Under the pieces are notes generated by a model that saw only the letters and a list, made by a program, of their open reading frames with translations, did no database searches and was not told where the DNA came from. From Macrostomum hystrix (Eukaryota > Animalia > Platyhelminthes): a DNA stretch of 64,000 nucleotides. The stretch spans positions 2,418,001 through 2,482,000 of the forward strand of contig CATNEN010000007.1 of assembly GCA_950097015.1 (NCBI GenBank), written 5' to 3'. The position numbers and the translations under genes are program-made. Below, in pieces: positions 47,193 to 57,868 of the stretch; the first letter of the stretch is position 1, and each line of letters opens with the position of its first letter.

Positions 47193-49170
47193 GATATATC
47201 GACGTATTGTTGATAAAATTAAGACGTATTGCCTTACTGTTTAGGGTGTGTTATCCTGGACAGATAAATATAGTGAGATCATACGTAGTGTATGGTCAGT
47301 CCTGATCGTGACTACCGGGCAACTTCAATCCACCGCGTAAAGCCCCGGAAGACTGGAAATAGGATTTTAGGGAGTGCCTTACCGCTCGGGCACATTCAGC
47401 TACCATAGTAACACGTCATTCACGTGATACTAATAGACAAATATTAGAAACTAGGATAAATAAAACCGCACACCCAAAACGGCTGCTACAAAACATGAAA
47501 ACACAGTAAATAGTTGTCACGCAGTGACGCAAGTTAAAGTAGTGAAGTAGCGATCCGTTTATTGGCGAGTCACTTGTACGTTACATGCAGTTAATTGATG
47601 CAGTGTGAGAGTGTCAGACGTGAGCGAAGAAATTAAACATAAATTAGACATTAAACAGAAATTAAACATAACCAGAACCAGAAGTCCGATCAGAACAGTA
47701 TATTATAATTATCAACGGTTGAACTTGAACGGTAAAAAAATCGACGAATATTTAAATTTAAATTTAAATTATAAAAAATTGATAACGACATGACGATTGT
47801 CGTGACGATTCCGGTAATTAAAATGATTAGTAAATGAGAAAATAGTAGCAGAAAAAAATGTTTTTTTAAATAACTTAACACAAAATGCATGAAAAAATTC
47901 ATTATATTAATTTGTACGCCAGTCGTGTACGCCACACTGTACACAGCCAAGAAATGTACGCCGGTGTACGCCATAGAACTCAAGTGTACGCCGGAAAATT
48001 CCGGCGTACACCCCTCCTTCCGCAATATGGCTGCCATGCCCATATGCCACCCCATGCTGTTCAACGATGGAATGTAAGTTCAATAGTACTATGCAGATCT
48101 GGTTTATAATTATGGTGTTTATATTGTATTATAATATATATTCTCTATATTGTATTGAATGCCTTTTTATATGAATTGGGTATTTTCTTATATATGATTC
48201 TTAGCCACAGTGCTTTTTTTACCCACTCATCAGGATGACTTCTATGAGGCCGTTTTATCACAAGTGCGGCTTTCTCGGCTGTGCAGCTGTCTTCTCTACA
48301 GCGTACTTCCGGTCACTATTGTGACTGAAGATGGTGATTCTTGGCTGAATACTGAATTTTTTCTGTTTGCAGTAGCTTACTTTGTTACTACAAAGTAATA
48401 GTAAAATAGTTACTACTATTTTTTACTTTTATATTTATATTTTAATAGAAATGTTTTAATACAAGTATAGAAAAGATATACAGCAGTAGAGCCCCCACAA
48501 AGGGCTGACCTGCAGTACAGATTGGACGAGGCCGTTTAACAACAAATAAGAAATTCATTTATTCAAAATTATTTATTTGTCAGACAGAAAATACTTTCAG
48601 GCAGAGTTTAATTAAAATATTTTCTTTGCTTCTAAAAAAATAACAGGTATACTTTATCCTCTGTTTTACGCTTAACAAAAACTTTGTTATACTTTTAAAA
48701 ATTTACGCAAAATTTATGTCTTTTGAAAATGAATAGTAAAATGACAAAAATGTACGCTGTTTTGCTTCTGCTTTTTAAGCAGAAACGGCTGTTCAAATTT
48801 GTGCCATAATAGGCCTTTATGCGCTTAAAAAGGCGGTCTATATCATGCTACGATATCACATTTAGCATGATATGGACCGCCTTTTAGGCGGCTTTCGCCG
48901 TGATCTATACCGCCTAACGTGCGTATCCGGGTGGGATTATATATTTTAAATGCTCACGAGTCACGACCGTCGTTAATGTTCTCATGGCGAATTGGGTACA
49001 ACTTTTCGAATCGCAGATCCGAGGCGCAAAAATAAATGAATGCTTGTTGTATTTGTTACATTTGTTTCTAAACGCAATTAATAAAAATATAGTTGACTTA
49101 AAGCTGGAGGCACTAAAATACAGAAAGATGCGCATCAAATTACTCGAAATTAAATAAACTCGAGTATCCG

Positions 49171-50790
49171 ATGCAAATGGAACCAGTTGGCTCCAGTAAA
49201 ACACCAGAGACAACATCACTGAGATGCATAGCTGCATTCCATATTTTCTGGCGTGGTGAAGACATCAATGCGACCGATGCCGAAGGCTGGTCGCAGCTGC
49301 ACCATACAGTTCAACATGGGAACTACCAAGAGGCCAAGCGCCTCATCCAGTCGTCTGCTGATGTGGACCTGCAGATCAGCACTGGCTTCACGAGTTCACT
49401 CCACTTGTTGGTTCAGCGTGATGACCTTAAAATGGCGGAGCTGCTGCTCAGAGCGCAGGCGGCTCTGAATCTGCTGACTGCAGACGGCCAGTCAGCCTTT
49501 CAGCTGGCCGTTCGAGCTGCCTCGGACGACATGCTGCGGCTGCTGCTGGCGGCCGGGGCTGACGCGAACTGCAAGCCTTCAGGTGAGCCGCCGCTGTTCA
49601 TTGCCGTCTGTTTGGGACGGACCGAGGCCGCTGGTCTCAGCTGCAGGGCTGATCTCAGCATCCGAGTGCAGACTCTGACCGAGGTCACTGCAAGAACGCT
49701 CCAGTCAGGAACCAAGGAGCGGCTGGTGTAAGGCCTTCCTATGCCGGTAACACTGGCCGCTGCGACTACGGGACAGCTAGAGATTCTGATGGACCTGCTG
49801 AGGTCAGGAGCTGATTGCGACGTGACCGATGGAATTGGAGCCACAGTATTGCACCATGCCGCCTGCGGAGGCGAAGGGACTCTGGATGCTGCCTTAAAGA
49901 TCATGTCAAATGTCAACTTGCTAGACAATAATGGCTCCTCTGCCCTGCACTATGCATCTCGCAGTGGATGCTTGAAAGCTGTTTGCAGGTTTATTAATTG
50001 CGGTATCGCCATTGATCATCGAAACAATTGGTCGGCGTTGCATTTCGCTGCAGTAGCTGGACACTTAAAAATTGTCATGGGCCCAGATTAAATTTGGAGC
50101 TTCCATCACTCTCAAGGAAAATGACTATATATGACGCCACTGCATATGGCAGCAAGAAGCGGACACGTGGAAGTAGTTGCGGCGTTGATCGGTCTAGGAG
50201 AAAACGCTGATCTAAATAATAAGTATGGACACTCGCCAGTCTCCATCCCAGCTGGGAACAGCCACTCGGAGGTGGTTAGAGAGTTGATCAGTAACAAAGG
50301 AGCAATAGATCAAAGGAATGATGATGGCTTTTCTCCGCTGAATATTGCGGCGCAGATTGGTCGCTTGAAAGTAGTCGGAGAGCTGATCGAGTACGGAGCC
50401 AAGCTAGATCTACAGGACAATGACGGCTGCACATAGCAACAATCAATGGGCACTTGGAAGTGGTCGGAAAGTTGATAGACTGCAGAGCTAACATTGACTT
50501 ACAAAATGGCTATGGCTGGTCGGCATTGCACATTGCGGCACAAGATGGATTGTCGGAAACTTAACACTGCAGATTGTAATTTAACACTCAAATCTGTCGC
50601 TGATTGCATCATGACTATTTGACTTATTCTGCAGCCAAGCCTGCGCCAGAAATGCGTGGCAATAACGTGGCAGAAGGTGGAGGCTCTGATTGGCCAGCAG
50701 CAGCGATTACCATCGCCTGAGGAGCGAGATCGAGTCTCCCTGGTGGTGGAGAGCGCCAGGGAATTTCTGAGGGAGAATGAGCTGGAATAG
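49171..50790 (+). pseudogene. Ankyrin-repeat gene with premature stops and frameshifts; possible terminal exon 50635-50790 with a SOCS-box-like start
   Basis: Successive ankyrin repeats (TVLHHAA, SALHYAS, SALHFAA, TPLHMAARSGHVEVV, SPLNIAA, SALHIAA) are broken by stops at 49731, 50091 and 50436 and by frame changes. cag|PSLRQKCVAI...ELE* follows. Confidence 0.8.
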
Positions 50791-52707
50791 TATGACTACT
50801 GAGAATGACGAGTGTCCTGGTACACTAACAACTGGCTTGATACTTTAGTACCTAAGATTCAATCAATACTTCCAGATGACAATCTAGGCAACCGGCAAAA
50901 TAAAAAAAGCTTTCTTCGAGGCTATATTTCGTCGGCCCTTTCCTTTAACGTTTGGGAACAAAAGATGAAGCCACAAAAATGCCTTGCTTGACTAGATCCT
51001 CGAATTAACTTGACTCTGCTGTTCACCAGTCGGGTCTGGATTACCCTCTGACAGTTTAAATTTCAGCGCATGTGTCGCTTTATCTTGATCGAAAAATGTA
51101 CATAGGTATCATACTCGTACATTATAGGCTTCGAGTTTCAATATAATAGCAACAGCTTGTTTTAACACATGTATTAGTGAAACATCTAATCAGTCGCTCG
51201 CCTTGTTTTCGGTTGCTCCGCCCGTAGTTGGCAGTGTTGATCTTATCAGGTCGCTTAACCTGACCTGTGTGACAGGTCGTCGTAACACTGGGCTGTTAGC
51301 GGGAAGCCCTGAAAGAATATTGTGCGGATTCTCTGATGTCAATGCCGTTGTTGCTACATTTCGATGTCGCCTTCGAATTATCATGTATTTCCACTCGTGC
51401 CTTTCCCATTCCCCATTCTGCCGACAGTGTGTCCGGATGCTGTCATTGTGATTAGGTAAATTTCTCCGTTGTAGTCTCAGCAGGTATTCGATGTGAGGGT
51501 CAATATGGAGCAATCGTAGTTTAACTGTTGTATTCTTCTCGGAATTATCTCGGTAGTGGGATTCTAGCTAGCGCACTGCGGCTTTGCAGTCACTCCTCTT
51601 CCGGTAGTGAAGCTGGACTTAGCTCGTATTTGCCAGACACTAACATGTATATCTGTTATAACATGTACAACAGGTAAGTCTGCATGAAGCTAATTCTTAG
51701 ACACTTCACTGTGTGCGAATAAGGAATCGAACCCGAGAGCGCACGAGTCGAATATTTCGAGTCTACAGGGAGTCGAACCCCGTAACGCAAGACCTGTCGG
51801 GTTAGTACTTTCCGGATACGTTCTCCAATAAACAGATGTGAGACCGCGTCCGGTCCTCTCAACAATGACAATTACTAGCAAGATAGCTGGCAAGCTCCCC
51901 TGACTCAACAGGAATGAGTATTAGGAGGCCTACCCGTAGGTTCCTCTTATTGCGACTTTTTGTTCCTTTTGGAGTCGTGCTCTATCGACTTACCTCTCGA
52001 GGAGGGCGTTGTGAAAAGTCGATAGTCCAAAGGCCACTTGTATTTTTAGCTATCTGTGGAAACCAACGTAAAAATTTAATTGATTTGACGAGTTTGTCCA
52101 GGTTTTCAAGGTTCTCACTTGTACTTAGTGACCCTTTATTGTAGCATTAATGGAATAATACTTTTAACACGCCGGTTGGTATCTATCATGTCAGTAATTG
52201 TAACTTGTAACTTATAACTTTCTTTGATCTTTGACTGTCTGAGTCACATGTTTTTCCAAAGTTAATGGATGATTGACAGCTAGTTAGAACTTGCTTTGTA
52301 CTAATTTTCTGTTACATTACTGATTTTTTTCTTTTCTTGTGCATGATGTGCTACTACGAGCTATGTACTCTTATGAGTAGTATGCTTTGGAGTTTTTGCT
52401 ATTTTGCTATTTACTCTATAAGTAGTCACAGTATTACAACAATCACAATGCCATCGATCTCTGCTTGTCTGCACAATTGCAAGCCTTTTTATTCCATGGA
52501 AACGTCTTTTAGTATTCGACACGTAACACCAGACACTCTTTAGTGGCGTGTCAGGCATTTCTGATATGCTTATACCGCAATTTTCAGTGATTTCTCCTTT
52601 TTATTTTCCGTTTTTTAGTGTCATTGTTATTAATTCCATTCTATTTTTCTTAATCGAATGGAAGTATAGAAAAATATAGAAAAAATGGAGAAAAATGGAC
52701 ATACCCG

Positions 52708-53173
52708 AGAGAATCCTTCCCTCACACGCATGAGAATCCTTCCCTCACACGCATGAGAATCCTTCCCTCACACGCATGAGAATCCTTCCCTCACACGCAT
52801 GAGATTCCTTCCCTCACACCCATGAGAATCCTTCCCTCACACGCATGAGAATCCTTCCCTCACACGCATGAGAATCCTTCCCTCACACGCATGAGAATCC
52901 TTCCCTCACACGCATGAGAATCCTTCCCTCACACCCATGAGAATCCTTCCCTCACACGCATGAGAATCCTTCCCTCACACCCATGAGAATCCTTCCCTCA
53001 CACCCATGAGAATCCTTCCCTCACACCCATGAGAATCCTTCCCTCACATGCATGAGAATCCTTCCCTCACACCCATGAGAATCCTTCCCTCACATGCATG
53101 AGAATCCTTCCCTCACACCCATGAGAATCCTTCCCTCACACCCATGAGAATCCTTCCCTCACATGCATGAGAA
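52708..53173. repeat. 23-bp minisatellite CATGAGAATCCTTCCCTCACACG
   Basis: About 20 tandem units. Confidence 0.96.
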
Positions 53174-54207
53174 TACATAGCTCGCACTGTTAAAGTCTCT
53201 TTGAGCACTTTTAGCAAACTACTATGAGTAGACGTGAAGTATCTAGCCGTTTGCCATCCGACAATAATAAGTACCGAAATCTTGCTTATGATGATTTGAT
53301 TGTAAATCAGAAATATAGGCTTCAGTGGTAATAAATCATTGTTGGAACACAGCACAAGGGTTAGGAAGATCGCATTTATACACAGCCTTCAGTTTTTTAG
53401 CTAAATTTGCGCCAAAATGCATATATTTAAAAATAAAACTTTTTTCCTTAAAAAGCATTGTTGCTAAGGCAACAAGCAGCTATTCATTCATGTTTAGGGA
53501 TTGCAGGGGATATTTTGCTGAGATAAGCACACAGGTTCAACACAGCTGCCAGCGCCAATCACAAGCCGACATTCTCATACCTGCTGCTGCTGCTGCTGCT
53601 GCTCCTGCTCTGACAGGGCCTGTAGTATCTTCGCATCTCTTCTCTCTCCCACCCCATTCATTGAGGGGCCTGAATCCGCAGAGATAGGTGCTCAGGAGTG
53701 ATACTGTTTGGGAGGGGGGAATTCTCAGCGAGACATGTTTTCACGCTCCCAGATCTATCAATGCGATGCATTTATGGATATTTATGCGCCCAAGCCTATA
53801 GGAGCATTTGCCATCGCGGCAAAATGAGGGATGCAGGTCCTCATAGGATCCCACGCAGGTAAAAAGGTAAAAAATCGACTCAGTAGGTGAGAGGGGAGAA
53901 GGGAGAGGCGAGATCCAATAAATAGTGTTCGATCGAGCCAGAAAATACTCAGACTCTCTGCCAAGCCCCTCAAACAGGTGAATTCTGGCTGGGACAAAAG
54001 GAATTTTATTTCTCCTATGCAGCCAGCAACACCAGGGCGCCAGGCCGCATAGCGAAGTACTTGAGCCCTTTTTCACCTGAAGCTTGCCTTGTGCTGATTG
54101 GTTAATCTCGTTCAGCCTCCATAGGCTAGAAGGAAGTTTTTTAATCCCAGAATTATTTATCCTCTCCGGGCTTTGGTAGAACCGAAATTATCGTCAATTT
54201 CACGGTC

Positions 54208-57200
54208 ATGTCGGCAGCTGTTGGCAGCGGCAAGATTGTGGGCAGCTCGAAGCCGTTCCTACAGCTTCCCCAGCAGCAGCAGCAGCAGAAAGAAGGCAAT
54301 CTGCTTCAGCGACGCTGTGTCTCGGCTTATCGGTTGTTATCGATTGATTTGTACGACACAGACAGCGGCTTGCGAGAGGACCCTGACAGGGACCGGCTGG
54401 TGCTGCTGGCCCGGAAATTCGCTGCAGGAGCCAGCGACGAAGATGACGACGGATTGTCCGACGGTGAGACTCAGTGCCTAGCTGTAAACAGCCTTGTCTT
54501 ACAGACAACACAGCCCTGCCTAACAAAGAACACAGCCCTGCCTAACAGAAAACACAGCCCTGTCTAACAGGACTTGACATACTTGACTTGGCTGCAGGGG
54601 CATCCTTCGGATGCAGCGGGGAGGCGTGGCCGCCCATCCCGCTAGCCCCTGGCGACCACGGGCAACTAAAGCTGCGGTGTCGCGCAGGGGATCCGGTGAT
54701 GCCGGCGTCCACAGCGCGGTCCTCCTCCGAAGAGTCCAGGAGGTGGAGAGTCGCTCGCCCGGTGGCCATTAGGTAACGGACAAGCTGGCAGACGTCTCAC
54801 AGGACACACAGCCCTGTCAGGAAAGCTCTGAGCACACTGTATAATGACCAGTGATTCTATCAGATCGCATGTGTTAATCTACTGTCACTCTTGAAACATG
54901 CCAAACAAGGCACTGCTGGCTGGGACATTGCATAGCTGCATAGACAGATAATTTTGCATTCCTCACATGGGTCAATGTGTCAAACTGTCAAAGTTCTGCA
55001 TCTCTACTTCATTAGTGTGTTGCAGTGAGGCTGCTTCAGCATATGCGTGGGCAAAAAAGCAACAGCGCGAGAACTCACTGCCAGAACTCTAACACAAGCG
55101 AAGTTGCAGATGAAAGCCCGTTTATTATTATTTCATATAGCAGCTTAATATGCTTTCCCAAACCTTGGATCAAGAAAATTGTTGACTGCAGAATAGGTAT
55201 TGTGTGTCCACTGTGGTTTTACATTACACGCGCACCGGCTGTTACCCGCCAGGCGGTCAAGAGTTCGATCTCGGCAGGTCGGCAGATCTGCGCTCAGGAG
55301 GCAGCTGGCTGCCCCGCTCACAGTCCCTTCTGTCACGGCCACGGCTGCAGACGCGACAGTCGTTCAGCCTGCTGACGCCGCCGCGACCTTCGGCTGCGGG
55401 GGGCTCAGCCTCGGACAATTCCTATGATTGGAATCGAACTCGCTACCTCGCTGCCTGCGTTCAGCTGGGCGCCAAGCCGTCGCAGAAGTTTGTCAACTGT
55501 CTGACGAAACGGTCAGCCATTGCTGAACTGCGGAGGCAGCACCTGGGCATCAGCGGCGCCGCCGCCTGTGCAGCCGCTCTCAGGGTGAGTCCGGACGGGT
55601 CCGGCCTGTGACCATCGACTGTCTCCGGGTGTCAGGAGAACTGTCTGCGCCGTCACACTGTTTCAGACTTAGCCTAGGCTAGAAAACTTCCTCCTCTTCT
55701 CGTGCACTTTTTGCCGGCGAAGGCGAAACCAGCTGGGCTAGGGTTTGTAGCTTAGGGGCTAGAGCGTCGGACTCATGACTTGAAGAAGGTCGGGGGTTCG
55801 ATTCCCGACTCAAATGGAAATAAAATGGTATCCTTTAGCAAGAATCTGCATTGGCTCAGTTCATCCAACTGTTAAATAGGCGCCATAATTAGCTGGGGAA
55901 ATTGAGGGTGGGTGTGGCGTCTCCGCAGTCCATGGACCGAAGAGCTGTGGTTGTATTGTCGGCTGCACATCGGACCCAATCGGGGGAGGTATTATTATAG
56001 TTATTAATTATAGTATTTTCCTTTTAAGAGTCTTAAATCAATGTTTGAGGACTAAACTCTCTCTCTTTTCCAATTCAATTTGCGATTACTTAAAAATAAT
56101 TTTAAATGTCAATCAATTTCCATACGATTAACACGTGTCACACAATCCTCTTTTCCTGATTTTAATTACTTTGCGTGTCAGCACTGCCTGAGATTCAGCC
56201 CTTCAATTATATTGCCGTCATTGTCGGCACGTCTGTCAAATCAATCACCTCTTATTTCTTGACTTTCTCTTCCGCTACACCTAATTGTTGTCTGCCTGCG
56301 CTCAATGCGGCCCAGAGCCGAGTTTGGGCGTCCCCAAAAATATACGGGGTGAAAAAATAGACAGCTAAATAAATATTGCCTCAGGGAAGGACTTTAAGAA
56401 ACGGAAAAGAACTGAAAACCTACTTGAGATTAGCAAGCTCATGAATTAGATAAAAACATTGGTTCTCTGATTGGACGTTCTATCTTTATAGCCTAGCCGT
56501 CATTCCGGCACTTATTTCCCAGAGAATGATCCCCATTCTTGTCATGGCGATATATTCCCGTTCCGGTCATTTCCGATTTTTTGCCATTATTCATCATTGA
56601 GGTCGTTATTTCCTAGAAACTGAATTTAAACCAGCAAAAACTTGCAGAATAATGCCGACCTTCGCTCGCTCATCCTGGAAGCTAACGAGCTCGGCTGCCT
56701 CGGCTGCCAGCAGCTGGTGCCCGTTGTGGCGGACAATCCTTTCTTGACTGAGCTGGTGAGTCGACTCAAACTGCAAGGCATACTTAGGATGTTAATATTT
56801 TTATAGTTCTAATTCTTTGCATGCTTTTTCACTCAAACACTGCTTTTAATTTTTATTGGCCAAGGCTAGTTTACTTTGCCGCTATTTTTAGAATATGACA
56901 ATCCTTCATATTCATATTCGCATCTATTAGTTAGTTAGTGACACTGCCACTCTAGTTCCTGGCTCTCTAATCCCTGACACTCTAGTCCCTGACTACTCCC
57001 TGACAACTGACTTGCACATTTCGCAAGCTTCTGAGGACAACCACCCCTTTACAATATCACGTGACAGAGCATCGACCAATCAAATTTGAAAGGAATGAAA
57101 AGTTGTACACAACCTTTAGGATACTTTGTACACAGCAGTGATGCATCGCCGAACAATGTACTTTTCCACAAAGTTGTCACGCTCATGTGTTCTCCGCAGC

Positions 57201-57824
57201 GTCTGATTGACAATGCCATCAGCTTGAAGGGCCTGACCAAGCTCACGGAAGCTCTCAGACGAAATTGCAGCTTGAAGATTCTGGATCTGTCGGGTGAGAT
57301 GGACAGGGGAGGGTACATTCTCTATTGCACATGCTTGCCTGCTGAGTCTGAGCTAACAAAAGAAACAATGGCACAAGTTTAACTAGACTCAAATTGTCAC
57401 TATCCAAAAGGGGAAAGTGTTTATTTAAAGGCTTTCTAAAATCCTTCGCCACGCTTGTGTTTGCAGGCAACCGCTTCGAGGAGAAGTGCGGCCAGCTGCT
57501 CAGAAGACTTCTGGAGGTGAGAAAAATTCTTGCCAGGTGGAAAAAAGAACTAAAGGCTCAAGCTGGGGGATAATTAGCACAAAAGTACATCTCGACTGAT
57601 AAAGAAAGCTGGCATATAATAAAAAGCTAATTTTTCAATTAGGAGCGTTCCAAGTTGACCCCATGGCAACAAGAAGTGTTTTTCTTTGCAACCGATTATT
57701 ATCTGTTTTTATTCGCATCTATTAGGAAAACAATTCGATCGAGGAGTTGTACGTGGCACACAATAACTTCAGAGAGGATGGCACCATTGCCATCGCCTAC
57801 GGGCTGGGTGAGTACTGCGAGCCT

Positions 57825-57868
<44 letters not shown>

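Larger units (their letters stand above)
41751..47490 (+). mobile_element. Ty3/gypsy LTR retrotransposon, young and 3'-deleted
   Basis: The 316-bp blocks 41751-42066 and 47175-47490 differ at one position and end ...GCTACA. A primer-binding site follows the 5' LTR, then gag and pol in PR-RT-RH-IN order. The true 5' LTR start probably lies further left, in the ~52-bp tandem region from about 41490. Confidence 0.95.
40876..48030. mobile_element. Non-autonomous TIR DNA transposon with a perfect 15-bp TIR CCATATTGCGGAAGG, an 8-bp TSD CTGCCATG and subterminal TGTACGCC repeats
   Basis: ctgccatg at 40868-40875 and 48031-48038. The TIRs are exact. Several TGTACGCC motifs occur at 40897-41000 and 47905-48008. 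Confidence 0.9.
40383..48398 (+). pseudogene. Spliced, disrupted gene with a Cys/His cluster resembling the CxC2/CxC3-type Zn cluster of KDZ transposases
   Basis: Exons 40383-40498, 40559-40875 joined to 48039-48073, and 48234 onward, with canonical splice sites and matching phases. In-frame TAA at 40758-40760. Removing the 8-bp-TSD insertion restores CVFSGCKTEIFQCLKCHLLLVCSTCLDACHAHMPPHAVQRWN|DDFYEAVLSQVRLSRLCSC. Confidence 0.6.
38669..48933. mobile_element. DNA transposon with ~160-bp TIRs (CACCCG...CGGGTG) and a 7-bp TSD GGATTAT; non-autonomous, putatively KDZ-related
   Basis: 38669-38827 aligns along its whole length with the reverse complement of 48778-48933. ggattat flanks both ends (38662-38668 and 48934-48940). 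Confidence 0.85.

Noticed and set aside
38686-48916. Initial reading of the outer element as Tc1/mariner-type with a TA TSD
   Set aside because: Inverted similarity extends out to CACCCG/CGGGTG, where a perfect 7-bp direct repeat flanks the element.
51190-52150. Possible decayed retroelement end or LTR on the minus strand
   Set aside because: Only a faint GQVKRPDK motif and LTR-like composition; no second copy, primer-binding site, polypurine tract or TSD found.
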